Source: Bacteroidota bacterium (GTDB lineage Bacteria; Bacteroidota; Ignavibacteria; UBA10030). From it: a stretch of 64,000 nt of DNA. Below the pieces are notes generated by a model that was given only the letters and a program-made list of their open reading frames with translations, did no database searches and was not told where the DNA came from. The stretch is taken from NCBI GenBank assembly GCA_021813905.1, contig JAKAJH010000001.1:62738-126737 (forward strand), read 5' to 3'. Positions within the stretch are counted from its first letter, which is position 1, and each line of letters opens with the position of its first letter. Both the position numbers and the translations under genes were made by a program. Positions 28,769-38,614 of the stretch are shown piece after piece.

Positions 28769-29701
28769 ATGCGCCTGATCTTCATGGGTACACCGGAGTT
28801 TGCCCTCCCCAGCCTTCAACGGCTCCTGGATGATCGGGTCGATGTCGTAGCGGTGGTGACGGCGCCGGACAAGCCCCGCGGCCGCGGGCAGAAGACCAGC
28901 GCGACCCCGGTAAAAGAATTCGCCGTGCACCATGGCCTGCCGCTCCTGCAGCCCGAATCGCTCCGCGATTCCGCATTTGCCGCTGCGATCCGCTCGCTCG
29001 ATCCTGATCTCGTCGCCGTTGTCGCGTTCCGCATCCTTCCGCGCGAGGTGTTCACGATCCCGCGTCTCGGATCCTTCAATCTTCACGCATCCCTCCTCCC
29101 GAAGTACCGTGGCGCCGCTCCCATCCCGTGGGCCATCATCAACGGTGAGCGACGCACGGGCGTGACCACATTCCTGCTGCAGGAGGCGGTGGACACGGGT
29201 TCCATCCTGCTTCAGCGGTCGATCGAGATCGGTCCGGACGAAACGGCCGGCGACTTGCATGATCGGCTGGCGGTGGTCGGCGCGGACATCGTATCGAAGA
29301 CCGTCCATTTGCTCACAGCCGGCGGCGTGGTTCCGGAGCGGCAGGACGAAGCGCATGCCACGGCCGCGCCGAAGATCTTCCGCGACGATTGCCGCATCGA
29401 CTGGCGCCTGCGCGAAGAGCTGATCCATAACCGGGTGCGCGGACTCTCGCCGGTGCCGACCGCCTGGACGATGCACGACGAGCGCGTGCTCAAGATTTAC
29501 CGCACACGCCGGTTGCCGGGGGAGAGGACGCAGACCCAGGTCCCCGGTACGATCGCGCGCCGGACAAACACGGAACTGCTCGTGCTGACCGGTGACGGCG
29601 CGATCGCAATCGAGGAGATCCAGCAGGAGGGAAAGAAGCGCATGTCGATCGTCGAATTCCTGCGTGGATATCGCATCGGCGAAGGGGATGTGCTCGTCTG
29701 A
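28769..29701 (+). CDS. fmt: methionyl-tRNA formyltransferase
   Basis: MRLIFMGTPEFALPSL N-terminus, SFNLHASLLPKYRGAAPI motif and a C-terminal tRNA-binding domain. It lies immediately downstream of def. Confidence 0.93.
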   Translation: MRLIFMGTPEFALPSLQRLLDDRVDVVAVVTAPDKPRGRGQKTSATPVKEFAVHHGLPLLQPESLRDSAFAAAIRSLDPDLVAVVAFRILPREVFTIPRLGSFNLHASLLPKYRGAAPIPWAIINGERRTGVTTFLLQEAVDTGSILLQRSIEIGPDETAGDLHDRLAVVGADIVSKTVHLLTAGGVVPERQDEAHATAAPKIFRDDCRIDWRLREELIHNRVRGLSPVPTAWTMHDERVLKIYRTRRLPGERTQTQVPGTIARRTNTELLVLTGDGAIAIEEIQQEGKKRMSIVEFLRGYRIGEGDVLV

Positions 29702-29718
29702 TCCCGATCGCGTGTCTG

Positions 29719-29748
29719 TTTGCACGCTCCTCCAAAATGCCGTATATT
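29719..29748 (+). promoter_or_regulatory. putative parAB promoter: TTTGCA-N18-TATATT
   Basis: Read directly in the 133-nt gap between fmt and parA. The 18-nt spacer makes it weaker than the N17 examples. Confidence 0.25.
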
Positions 29749-29834
29749 TGTCGCGCGGATCAGGCCGATGAATCCTGACGTGCCAACCACACACTCCAGA
29801 CTCTTCCACCAGCATCGGAACGGCGCAGCGCCCC

Positions 29835-30641
29835 GTGGGTAAGATCATCGTCATTGCGAACCAGAAGGGAGGCGTCGGCAAGACCACGACCGCCATCAAC
29901 CTTTCGGCCTCCCTCGCTGCCGCCGAAAAGCGCGTCCTGCTCGTCGATACCGATCCGCAGTCGAACGCCACTAGCGGTGTCGGCGCATCGGCGCTGGAAG
30001 GGAAGACCGTCTATGAGGTCCTCGTCGGCGAAGTACCCGCCACTGAGGCCGTGATTCCCACACAGATGCCGTTCCTCTCGGTCCTCCCGTCGCATATCGA
30101 CCTGGTCGGCGCGGAGATCGAGCTGGTCGACGCGGAGAATCGCGAGCGGCTGATGGCGGAGGCGCTGAAGTCCGTGCGCGACCGGTTCGACTTCCTGATC
30201 GTCGACTGTCCGCCGTCGCTTGGACTGCTCACGCTCAACGCGCTGACCGCGGCGGATTCCGTGCTGATCCCCGTCCAGTGCGAATACTTCGCGCTCGAAG
30301 GCCTCGGGCAGCTCTTCAATACCATCAACATGGTGAAGAAGACCCTCAATCCGAACCTCGACATCGAGGGGGTCCTCCTGACCATGTTCGATTCACGCCT
30401 GCGGCTTTCCAACCAGATCCAGGAAGAAGTAAAGCGCTACTTCGGCGAGAAGGTCTTTGCGACCGTTGTCACGCGCAATATCCGCCTGAGCGAGGCGCCG
30501 AGTTTCGGCAAGCCGATCATTCTCTACGACGCCATCTGCTCCGGTACGCGCAACTACATGGAACTGGCGAAAGAGATCATGAAGAACAATAAGTTCTTCA
30601 CCATCGAGCCGGCGGTCCAATCCACGTCTATGGGACTCTGA
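29835..30641 (+). CDS. parA: ParA/Soj chromosome partitioning ATPase
   Basis: GTG start giving MGKIIVIANQKGGVGKTTTAINLS (deviant Walker A), plus DCPPSLG and the rest of the ParA layout. Confidence 0.93.
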   Translation: MGKIIVIANQKGGVGKTTTAINLSASLAAAEKRVLLVDTDPQSNATSGVGASALEGKTVYEVLVGEVPATEAVIPTQMPFLSVLPSHIDLVGAEIELVDAENRERLMAEALKSVRDRFDFLIVDCPPSLGLLTLNALTAADSVLIPVQCEYFALEGLGQLFNTINMVKKTLNPNLDIEGVLLTMFDSRLRLSNQIQEEVKRYFGEKVFATVVTRNIRLSEAPSFGKPIILYDAICSGTRNYMELAKEIMKNNKFFTIEPAVQSTSMGL

Positions 30642-30645
30642 CCGT

Positions 30646-31563
30646 ATGACCACGCAGAAGAAGTCAGTGCTCGGGCGCGGCCTGGGCGCGCTGATCCCGA
30701 AATCGCCGCGCATGGAAGTAAGTGTCCGGGACGAACAGCTCGGCCGCGATACCGGCGAAATGGGGATCATCGCGAGCGTCGAGATTGCCCGGGTCAAGCC
30801 GAATCCCTTCCAGCCCCGCGTGGATTTCGACCAGGATGCGCTGCAGGAACTGACCCGATCGATTCAGGAGAAGGGCGTCATCCAGCCGATCACCGTGCGC
30901 CGGGTGCCGGAAGGGTACCAGCTGATCTCCGGCGAACGGCGTCTCCGTGCGGCGCAGGCGGCGCGCTTGAAGCAGATCCCTGCTTACATCATCGACGTGC
31001 AGTCGGACGAGGAGATGCTGGAGCTGGCGCTGATCGAAAACATCCAGCGCGAGCATCTGAATCCCATCGAAGTCGCGCAAGCGTACCAGCGCCTCATCGC
31101 CGAATGCCATCTCACGCAGGATGATGTGGCGCAGCGGGTCGGCAAGGAACGCAGCACCGTCACCAATTTCCTCCGGCTGCTCAAGCTGCCGGATAAGGTC
31201 CAGGACGGCGTACGAAAAGAGAAGATCACGATGGGCCACGCACGCGCGCTGCTCGCGCTGCCCACCGAACGCACCCAAATGCGCCTCTACGAGCGGATCG
31301 TCGACAACGGTCTGTCGGTCCGGAAGGTCGAGGAGATCGTCCGCACCGCCGCCCGCACAGTTCCGAAAGCCGCGCACAAGAAGGAATCGTCCGCTCCGGG
31401 CGCCGATCTCCAAACGATGGAAGAACGGCTTCGGGTTGCGCTGGGGACAAAAGTACGCGTGCACACCAAAGGGGGCGGAAAGGGCGAGATCGTGGTGGAG
31501 TTTTATTCGCTCGATGACTTCGACCGTCTGCTGGACCTGTTCGAATTATCGTCACACCGCTGA
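30646..31563 (+). CDS. parB: ParB/Spo0J partition protein
   Basis: LGRGLGALIP N-terminus, ParB box (IQPITVR...GERRLRAA) and HTH (TQDDVAQRVGKERSTVTNFLRLL). Confidence 0.93.
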   Translation: MTTQKKSVLGRGLGALIPKSPRMEVSVRDEQLGRDTGEMGIIASVEIARVKPNPFQPRVDFDQDALQELTRSIQEKGVIQPITVRRVPEGYQLISGERRLRAAQAARLKQIPAYIIDVQSDEEMLELALIENIQREHLNPIEVAQAYQRLIAECHLTQDDVAQRVGKERSTVTNFLRLLKLPDKVQDGVRKEKITMGHARALLALPTERTQMRLYERIVDNGLSVRKVEEIVRTAARTVPKAAHKKESSAPGADLQTMEERLRVALGTKVRVHTKGGGKGEIVVEFYSLDDFDRLLDLFELSSHR

Positions 31564-31590
31564 ACGCTACTGATCAGAAGGAATCCGCTC

Positions 31591-31980
31591 ATGGCACTTC
31601 AGAAGATCCGCACCGAGAACGCTCCCGCGCCCATCGGCCCGTACAGCCAGGGGATTCTGGCGGCGGAGAAATTCCTGTTCGTGTCCGGTACCGTCCCCAT
31701 CGTGCCCGCCACCGGCGCCGTGATCGAGGGCGATATCCGGGAGCAGACGCGCCAGGTGCTCGCCAACCTCGCGAATATCCTTACGGCGGGTGGCGCTTCC
31801 CCGGCATCCGTCGTCAAGACCACGGTGTTCCTGAAGGATATGAACGAATTCGCCGCGATGAACGAAGAGTACGCAAAGTTCTTCGGCACGGCGGCTCCGG
31901 CGCGGAGCACGGTCGAAGTCTCCCGCCTTCCCCGTGATGTGCGGGTGGAGATCGACGCCATCGCACTCGTGGAACGCTAG
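31591..31980 (+). CDS. ridA: RidA (YjgF/TdcF) family reactive-intermediate deaminase
   Basis: 129 aa with [21 protein letters not shown] and PARSTVEV motifs. Confidence 0.9.
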   Translation: MALQKIRTENAPAPIGPYSQGILAAEKFLFVSGTVPIVPATGAVIEGDIREQTRQVLANLANILTAGGASPASVVKTTVFLKDMNEFAAMNEEYAKFFGTAAPARSTVEVSRLPRDVRVEIDAIALVER

Positions 31981-32000
31981 CCGTCAGGACTTCCGGGGCG

Positions 32001-32591
32001 ATGCGTTCCGGCCCACGCCACATCATCCTTCTTGCCGCGTTCCTCGGGATGCTCGCACCGCACGGCGCGTTCAGCCAACAGCGGCTTTCGTCATTCCTCT
32101 ATTCGACAGCACCGTCCCACGCCGGATTGTCCCTTTCCGTCAGCGCGATTGACTCGCAGCGGATCGCCGTGCAGGATTCGATCGCTCCGATCCCGAAGTC
32201 GAAGTCGGGGAGACTGGCCATGATCCTTTCCGCCGTGCTGCCCGGCGCGGGCCAGGTGTACGCCGAACGCTATTACACGATTCCGGTGATCTGGGGGTTA
32301 GGCGCATACTTTGCGAGTCAATGGGTAAAGGCGGACAATCATTATCAGGATTTTGCGCGGCAGTTCAGCGCGTCGGTCCTGGCGGATTCCGTGACGAAGC
32401 AGGGGAACAGTCAGCTGAAGGACATCCGCGATTTCTATCACGACCAGCGCGACGAGTTCGCCATCTACATCGGGCTGACGTATCTTTTGAATATCGTGGA
32501 TGCGTACGTGGGGGCGACGCTCTACGGCTTTGACGTTTCGGACAATCTGGGGGGCTCGTCGCAGATCCGGTTCAGGATTCCGATCCGCTGA
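32001..32591 (+). CDS. DUF5683-like membrane protein
   Basis: Signal peptide, then the LSAVLPGAGQVYAERYY...IWGLGAYFASQW pattern I associate with DUF5683 proteins of FCB-group bacteria. The 3' end overlaps the convergent epimerase gene by 20 nt. Confidence 0.65.
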   Translation: MRSGPRHIILLAAFLGMLAPHGAFSQQRLSSFLYSTAPSHAGLSLSVSAIDSQRIAVQDSIAPIPKSKSGRLAMILSAVLPGAGQVYAERYYTIPVIWGLGAYFASQWVKADNHYQDFARQFSASVLADSVTKQGNSQLKDIRDFYHDQRDEFAIYIGLTYLLNIVDAYVGATLYGFDVSDNLGGSSQIRFRIPIR

Positions 32592-33510
32592 CGGGGGATT
32601 TCCCGAGAAGGTCTCCGAGAGCTGCTCGGAGTGTCGGAAAGCGAAAGCTGAATCCGCTCTTCAGCAGCTTTTCAGGAAGAGCGCGTTGTCCTTCCAGCAG
32701 CAGCGGCCCCGCCATTTCTCCCAACGCCAGTCGAAGCACGAACGCGGGGACACGTGTCCACGCCGGCCGTCGGATGATCGTTCCGATCTCCCCGCAAAGT
32801 TCCTTCATCGTCGCCGGCTGAGGTGCGGTGAGGTTCACCGCTCCGTCGATCCGTTCGTTCTCCAGAATGAACGCGATGGCCCGGATCTCGTCCTGCCGAT
32901 GGATCCAGGGCATCCACTGCGAACCGTCGCCAAGGTGGCCGCCGGCGAAGAACCGGAAGGGCCGCAGCAGCGGAGGCAAAGCGCCGCCCCGGGTGTCGAG
33001 CAGAATTCCCGTGCGCAGGGTGACCACGCGGAGTCCATCGCGCGACGCGGCGAACGCTTCCGCCTCCCACGCCCGGCACACATCGGCGAGAAAGCCGGAT
33101 CCTGCGGCATGCGATTCGTCCACATCGCCATCCGGCACATCTCCGTAAATGCCCACGGCGGATGCATTGATGAAGACACGCGGAGGATGAGTGAGGCGGG
33201 AGAGTGCGGAGACGAGCGTTCGCGTGGAGAGGACTCTGCTTTCCAGAATTCTGCGTTTGCGTGCCGCCGTCCAGCGTCCCGCGGCAATCGACTCGCCTGA
33301 AAGGTTGATCACGGCTTTCGCCCCGTCGAGCGAACGGACCCACGGTCCGTCGCTGAGTCCATCCCACACCGCACGCGAGGGAGAAACACGTTCCCGGTGC
33401 GCCGGGCTGCTTGAGCGGGTCAGCACGACGAGTTCGCGGCCGCTCGCCGCCAGGTGATCAACGAGTGCGCGTCCGATGAGACCGCTGGCACCGGCGATGA
33501 CGATCTTCAT
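32572..33510 (-). CDS. TIGR01777-type (YfcH-like) epimerase family protein
   Basis: MKIVIAGASGLIGRALV Rossmann start, atypical SDR body and a C-terminal DUF1731-like tail (LLEGQRALPEKLLKSGFSFRFP). Confidence 0.85.
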   Translation of the reverse strand: MKIVIAGASGLIGRALVDHLAASGRELVVLTRSSSPAHRERVSPSRAVWDGLSDGPWVRSLDGAKAVINLSGESIAAGRWTAARKRRILESRVLSTRTLVSALSRLTHPPRVFINASAVGIYGDVPDGDVDESHAAGSGFLADVCRAWEAEAFAASRDGLRVVTLRTGILLDTRGGALPPLLRPFRFFAGGHLGDGSQWMPWIHRQDEIRAIAFILENERIDGAVNLTAPQPATMKELCGEIGTIIRRPAWTRVPAFVLRLALGEMAGPLLLEGQRALPEKLLKSGFSFRFPTLRAALGDLLGKSPVSGSES

Positions 33511-33515
33511 GCTCT

Positions 33516-33543
33516 AATGTAGAAAAAAGGTCCGGCGTGTGAA
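33516..33543 (-). promoter_or_regulatory. putative promoter of the YfcH-like gene: TTCACA-N16-TACATT, apparently leaderless
   Basis: On the minus strand the -10 hexamer TACATT ends 5 nt before ATG 33510 (TACATTagagcATG). A normal start 6-8 nt downstream of the -10 would therefore fall on or next to the A of the ATG. Confidence 0.35.
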
Positions 33544-33565
33544 AGCAGGAGGTATGCCGGATTTG

Positions 33566-33594
33566 TTGCTCTTTTCTCCATTTTCCGCTATCTT
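33566..33594 (+). promoter_or_regulatory. putative lepA promoter: TTGCTC-N17-TATCTT
   Basis: Read directly, with a 17-nt spacer. It is followed by G (TATCTTG), as in several other candidates in this window. Confidence 0.35.
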
Positions 33595-33607
33595 GTGACA
33601 CGTTCAG

Positions 33608-33661
33608 GAGTAAAGGGTGGCTTCCGGAATGAGGCTCCACTCTTTACTCTTTGTCATTTTT
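33608..33661 (+). promoter_or_regulatory. terminator-like stem-loop in the lepA 5' leader
   Basis: Arms GAGTAAAGGGTGG (33608-33620) and CCACTCTTTACTC (33637-33649) give 13 bp with one G-U pair and a 16-nt loop. TTTGTCATTTTTG follows immediately, 21 nt before ATG 33682. Confidence 0.45.
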
Positions 33662-33681
33662 GAAAGCTGCCGCGCAGACGA

Positions 33682-35481
33682 ATGGACCGCATCCGCAATT
33701 TCTGCATTATCGCCCACATCGACCATGGTAAATCGACCCTGGCCGACCGCCTGCTGGAATACACCGGTACCGTCGCGGCACGCGACCTGACGAAGCAGAT
33801 GCTGGACGACATGGATCTCGAGCAGGAGCGGGGCATCACCATCAAGCTCCACGCCATCCAGCTCCAGTACCAGGCGCAGAACGAGTCGGCCTACACCCTG
33901 AATCTCATCGACACGCCGGGCCACGTCGATTTCACGTACGAGGTCTCGCGCTCCCTGGCCGCCTGTGAAGGGGCCATTCTGGTCGTGGACGCGACGCAAG
34001 GCGTTGAAGCGCAGACGATCTCCAATCTCTATCTCGCCATCGACGCCGGACTGGAGATCATTCCGTTCATCAACAAGATCGACTTGCCGAGTGCCAAAAC
34101 GATGCTGGACACGGTCAAGAAGCAGATCGTGGACCTGATCGGCTGCTCCGAGGATGAGATCCTGATGGGGAGCGCCAAGTCGGGGTTGGGCACGCAGGAA
34201 GTGCTGGAGGCGATCGTGCATCGCATCCCGTCGCCCGCAGGCGATCCGGATGCGCCGCTGCAGGCGCTCATCTTCGATTCGGTCTTTGACGAGTATCGCG
34301 GCGCGGTGGCGTACGTACGTGTCTTTCAGGGAACCATCCGCGAGAAGGAGCACATTCGGTTCTTCTCGAACGGCAAGGAATTCCAGGCGGACGACATCGG
34401 CATCCTCGAGATGCAGCGCAAGCGAAGCGGCGTACTGGCCGCCGGCGATGTCGGATACATCATCGCGAACGTCAAAGACGTGCACGACACGAAGGTCGGA
34501 GACACCATCACGTCGGTCGAGCATCCGGCCGCCACGCCGCTCCCCGGCTACAAGGAAGTGAAGCCGATGGTGTTCAGCGGTTTGTATCCGTCGAACAGCG
34601 ATCAGTTCGCGGAACTTCGCGATGCGCTGGAGAAGCTGCGGCTGAACGACTCGTCGCTGATCTTTGAGCCGGAGACCTCCATCGCGCTGGGATTCGGATT
34701 CCGGGCAGGATTTCTCGGGCTGCTTCACATGGAGATCGTCCGTGAGCGGCTCGAGCGGGAATACAATCAGACCCTCATCAACACCGTCCCCAACGTCGAG
34801 TATCGCGTGACGAAGACGGACAAGGAGGTGCTGCTGGTGGACAATCCCGCGCTCATGCCGGAGGCCGGACACATCGAGCTGGTGGAAGAGCCGTTCGTGA
34901 AAGCACAGATCATCGCGCCGACGGAGTATATCGGCGGCATCATGAAGCTGTGCATGGATCGCCGGGGCGTCCACAGAAACACGACGTACCTGAGTCCCGA
35001 ACGCGCCGACATTCACTTTGAGCTGCCGCTCGCCGAGATCATCTTCGACTTCTACGACAAGCTGAAATCGCTCTCCCGCGGCTACGCGTCGTTCGATTAC
35101 GACTTCCTGACATACCGGGAATCGGATCTCGTCAAGCTCGACATCCTGCTGAACGGCGAGCCGGTGGACGCGCTCTCCACCATCGTGCACCGTCAAAAGT
35201 CGTATGAATGGGGCCGAAAACTGTGCTCGAAACTCCGGGAGCTCATTCCGCGTCAAATGTTTGAAGTTGCCATCCAGGCTGCCATCGGAAGCAAGGTCAT
35301 CGCCCGCGAAACACTGAGCGCGATGCGCAAGAACGTGCTGGCCAAGTGCTATGGTGGCGACATCACGCGCAAGAGGAAACTCCTGGAGAAGCAGAAGGAA
35401 GGCAAGAAGCGGATGAAGCAGGTGGGGCGCGTGGAGATCCCGCAGGAAGCGTTCCTCGCGGTCTTGTCGATGGAAGAATGA
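33682..35481 (+). CDS. lepA: translation elongation factor 4 (LepA)
   Basis: [35 protein letters not shown] and the LepA-specific C-terminal domain. Length is 599 aa. Confidence 0.96.
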   Translation: MDRIRNFCIIAHIDHGKSTLADRLLEYTGTVAARDLTKQMLDDMDLEQERGITIKLHAIQLQYQAQNESAYTLNLIDTPGHVDFTYEVSRSLAACEGAILVVDATQGVEAQTISNLYLAIDAGLEIIPFINKIDLPSAKTMLDTVKKQIVDLIGCSEDEILMGSAKSGLGTQEVLEAIVHRIPSPAGDPDAPLQALIFDSVFDEYRGAVAYVRVFQGTIREKEHIRFFSNGKEFQADDIGILEMQRKRSGVLAAGDVGYIIANVKDVHDTKVGDTITSVEHPAATPLPGYKEVKPMVFSGLYPSNSDQFAELRDALEKLRLNDSSLIFEPETSIALGFGFRAGFLGLLHMEIVRERLEREYNQTLINTVPNVEYRVTKTDKEVLLVDNPALMPEAGHIELVEEPFVKAQIIAPTEYIGGIMKLCMDRRGVHRNTTYLSPERADIHFELPLAEIIFDFYDKLKSLSRGYASFDYDFLTYRESDLVKLDILLNGEPVDALSTIVHRQKSYEWGRKLCSKLRELIPRQMFEVAIQAAIGSKVIARETLSAMRKNVLAKCYGGDITRKRKLLEKQKEGKKRMKQVGRVEIPQEAFLAVLSMEE

Positions 35482-36443
35482 ACCCGCTGAGAAAGGAAAC
35501 CTCCGTGTCACGGAAAACGAAGCGTCCGGAGAATGAACAGGACGACGCGCCGCGCCCGATGAAGGAGCGCGTGCTCGCGTTCCTGAAAGAGCTCGGGATC
35601 GTGCTGGGGCTCTTCATCGTCATCAACAGCTTCGTCGTGGCGTCGTTCCTCGTCCCGACCGGCTCGATGGAGAACGAGGTGCTGACGGGCGAGCTGCTGT
35701 TCGTGAACAAGTTCATCTACGGCCCGACGACGCCCCGCACGGTGCCGTTAACCGGCATCGACATCGGCTTCATCCATATTCCACCCGTGCGCATGCCGTG
35801 GGTGCGGTTCATGAAGTTCAAGGACGTGCAGCGGGGGGACGTGATCGTGTTCGAGTTTCCCGGCTATCGGGACGAGGTCACCGCGTCGGAGTTTCAGTTC
35901 TACCTGAAGCGGTGCGTGGCGCTGGCCGGAGATACGGTGCAGGTGCGCGACCGCGTGCTGTACGTGAACGGCACGGCGGCGCCGCTTCCGCGCAACATCC
36001 TCTTCGACCGCTCGTGGAGTATGCCTGCCAATGCGCCGGAGGATGGCATCTTTCCGAAAGGATCCGGATGGAACGCCGACTGGTACGGACCGATCGTTGT
36101 GCCCTGGAAGGGGATGGTCGTTTCGCTCGATCCGGGCAATCTGCAGCGCTGGGACACGTTCATTCGCCGGGAAGGACATTCGGTCGCGCTGGTGGGCGAT
36201 ATGGTCCTGGTCGACGGAAAACCGGTGACGCAGTACACCGTGGAGCGCGACTATCTCTTCGGCATGGGTGATCACCGTGATAACAGCCTTGACAGTCGGT
36301 ACTGGGGGTTCATCCCGAAGGACAACCTTGTCGGGTCTCCCCTGATCGTGTACTGGTCCTGGAACACGGACATCCCGCTGTACGATATCTTCGGGCGGAT
36401 CGCCTCCGTGCGCTGGGGACGGATCGGAGCGCTGGTGAAATGA
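35478..36443 (+). CDS. lepB: signal peptidase I (copy 1)
   Basis: ATG 35478 overlaps the lepA stop (ATGA). TM anchor, then box [11 protein letters not shown], box [14 protein letters not shown] and box [18 protein letters not shown]. Confidence 0.9.
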   Translation: MNPLRKETSVSRKTKRPENEQDDAPRPMKERVLAFLKELGIVLGLFIVINSFVVASFLVPTGSMENEVLTGELLFVNKFIYGPTTPRTVPLTGIDIGFIHIPPVRMPWVRFMKFKDVQRGDVIVFEFPGYRDEVTASEFQFYLKRCVALAGDTVQVRDRVLYVNGTAAPLPRNILFDRSWSMPANAPEDGIFPKGSGWNADWYGPIVVPWKGMVVSLDPGNLQRWDTFIRREGHSVALVGDMVLVDGKPVTQYTVERDYLFGMGDHRDNSLDSRYWGFIPKDNLVGSPLIVYWSWNTDIPLYDIFGRIASVRWGRIGALVK

Positions 36444-37312
36444 TCGCGCGTCCGGCCGGCCAACAGCCTGTCAGCGGGGATGACGGGAGCGGCACGTCCG
36501 GATCGGTTCGGTCGCAGCGGTGGGTGTGGCAGACGGCGGTGATCCTGGCCGCAACGATCGCCTCGGCTGCCGTACTCAAGGTGTTTGTCGTCGAGGCATT
36601 CCGAGTTCCCTCCGCGTCGATGGAGCGTACGCTTCTTCCCGGCGACTATGTGCTCGTGAGCAAGCTCGCGTACGGCATTCACCGCTCCAACGCGCTTTCC
36701 GCAACTCTTCTGCCGACCGCTTCATCCCTCCATTCGTCCCTGATCCGTCGCGGTGACGTCATCGTCTTTGAGTATCCGGGACCGCTGAATCCGCTCTCGG
36801 GCGCCGTCCGCATGCCGTTCATCAAACGGTGCATCGGACTGCCGGGCGACGAGGTCGCGCTTCGCGGTTCACAGGTGCTGATCAACGGGAGAGCGTTGCT
36901 GCTGCCGTCGGCGAAAGGAATCGGGGCGGACGACCACGCGCGCAGCGATTGGGGGCCGGTCACCATCCCCGCTGCGGGTACCGTGATTGCGCTTTCCGGC
37001 GGGACGTTCGATCGCTGGCGGCAGGTGCTGGAGGCCGAGGGACAGCACGGGGTGATAAGTCCTGACGGGAGCATTCTTCTGAACGGTCAGCCGGCCCGGG
37101 AGTACACGCTCCGCCGGAACTACTATTTCGTCCTGGGCGACAATCGCGGCAACAGCCTCGACAGCCGCGTGTGGGGATTTGTGCCGGAGAACGCGGTGAT
37201 CGGAAAAGCGGTCATGGTCTACTGGTCATGGGACCCGTCCGTTCCGACGGCATCGCTGCGGGATCTGGTGCGGCGCGTCCGTTGGGCGCGGATCGGTTCG
37301 ATCATTCGGTGA
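36440..37312 (+). CDS. lepB: signal peptidase I (copy 2)
   Basis: The ATG overlaps the copy-1 stop (ATGA). Box B VPSASMERTL, box D FIKRCIGLPGDEV, box E GDNRGNSLDSRVWGFVP. Confidence 0.9.
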   Translation: MIARPAGQQPVSGDDGSGTSGSVRSQRWVWQTAVILAATIASAAVLKVFVVEAFRVPSASMERTLLPGDYVLVSKLAYGIHRSNALSATLLPTASSLHSSLIRRGDVIVFEYPGPLNPLSGAVRMPFIKRCIGLPGDEVALRGSQVLINGRALLLPSAKGIGADDHARSDWGPVTIPAAGTVIALSGGTFDRWRQVLEAEGQHGVISPDGSILLNGQPAREYTLRRNYYFVLGDNRGNSLDSRVWGFVPENAVIGKAVMVYWSWDPSVPTASLRDLVRRVRWARIGSIIR

Positions 37313-37344
37313 AGCGGATATCGGACCGCGCGAAAACGCAACGC

Positions 37345-38490
37345 ATGGCCAGCCTGTATCTGCACATTCCCTTCTGCGAGCACAAGTGCATCTATTGCGA
37401 CTTCTACTCGATCGCTCCGCACGAGGGCGGGGGAGATCAGAACGCACTGATCGGACGATTCCTGGGAGCGCTCCGTCGGGAGATCGATCTTCGAGGCACG
37501 GCGCCGTTCACTGGCGCAGACTACACGACGGTCTATTTCGGCGGGGGCACGCCGTCGTTGCTTCCTCCCGAAGCCGTCGGCGAAATTCTGGGACGTTTGC
37601 GGGAGAAGTATCGGATCCGGCCGGATGCCGAGATCACGCTCGAGGTCAATCCGGGCACGGTTGATGGCGAGAGTCTGGCGGGATATCGCCGCGCCGGTAT
37701 CAACCGGGTGAGCATCGGTATCCAGTCCTTCCATGAAGACGATCTGTCGTTTCTGACGCGCATTCATACTGCGGAACAAGCAAAGGCCTGCGTGCGTCTT
37801 GCACGGGAGGCGGGGATCGGGAATGTGAGCCTCGATCTGATCTTCGCCCTGCCCGGACAGACGCCGGAGCGATGGCGCGGGAACCTCGAAGAGGCGATGG
37901 CACTTGCCCCATCCCACATTTCGTGCTACAGCCTCATCGTGGAACCGGACACGCCACTGTTCCGGATGGTGCAGGCGAAGCAGGTCCAGCCGGTCGATGC
38001 CGAGCGCGACGCCGAACTGTACGAATTCACAATCGACTTCCTGGCGCGACACGGCTACGCACAGTATGAGGTCTCGAACTTTGCTCTTCCGGGATTCGAA
38101 TCGCAACACAACAGCCGGTACTGGGACCACACCGATTATCTTGGCTTCGGACCGTCCGCGCATTCGTTCTGGTCGGACCGTCGTTGGTGGAACATCGCGA
38201 ACCTTCAGACGTACGTCGATCGGCTTGGTCGAGGAGAGCCGCCGACGGCCGGCGAAGAATCGCTGAACCGTGACCAGCTGATGGAAGAATCCATCTTTCT
38301 CGGTCTGCGCAGTTCCGGGATCGACCTGGAGCGGTTCCGGCGCCGGTTCGAGCGCGATCTGCAGCGCGACTTTGCCGGCGTCATCGATCGGCTCGTCGCG
38401 GACGGACTCGCGACGGTCGATCGCGCGCAGCTTCGACTGACGCGCAAAGGGTATCTGGTCTGCGACGAGATCTGTCAATCGTTCCGCTGA
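37345..38490 (+). CDS. hemW: radical SAM heme chaperone HemW (HemN-like, oxygen-independent coproporphyrinogen oxidase family)
   Basis: MASLYLHIPFCEHKCIYCDF (CxxxCxxC) at the N-terminus, with a HemN_C-like tail. GTG 37309, which overlaps the lepB stop, is an alternative start. The track's ATG 37171 lies inside lepB. Confidence 0.88.
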   Translation: MASLYLHIPFCEHKCIYCDFYSIAPHEGGGDQNALIGRFLGALRREIDLRGTAPFTGADYTTVYFGGGTPSLLPPEAVGEILGRLREKYRIRPDAEITLEVNPGTVDGESLAGYRRAGINRVSIGIQSFHEDDLSFLTRIHTAEQAKACVRLAREAGIGNVSLDLIFALPGQTPERWRGNLEEAMALAPSHISCYSLIVEPDTPLFRMVQAKQVQPVDAERDAELYEFTIDFLARHGYAQYEVSNFALPGFESQHNSRYWDHTDYLGFGPSAHSFWSDRRWWNIANLQTYVDRLGRGEPPTAGEESLNRDQLMEESIFLGLRSSGIDLERFRRRFERDLQRDFAGVIDRLVADGLATVDRAQLRLTRKGYLVCDEICQSFR

Positions 38491-38511
38491 TCCCGAAATC
38501 CCCCAAATTCC

Positions 38512-38540
38512 TTGAGATTCAGGGCTTTTCGTGATACATT
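38512..38540 (+). promoter_or_regulatory. putative promoter of the DUF2723 gene: TTGAGA-N17-TACATT
   Basis: Read directly in the 124-nt gap after hemW, with a 17-nt spacer. Confidence 0.35.
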
Positions 38541-38614
38541 AGTATCATTCCTCCGGATTTCTCCGTCACCGATCCGGCCGCTGTGCATTCCGTTTTGCTG
38601 ACTCGGGTGGATTC

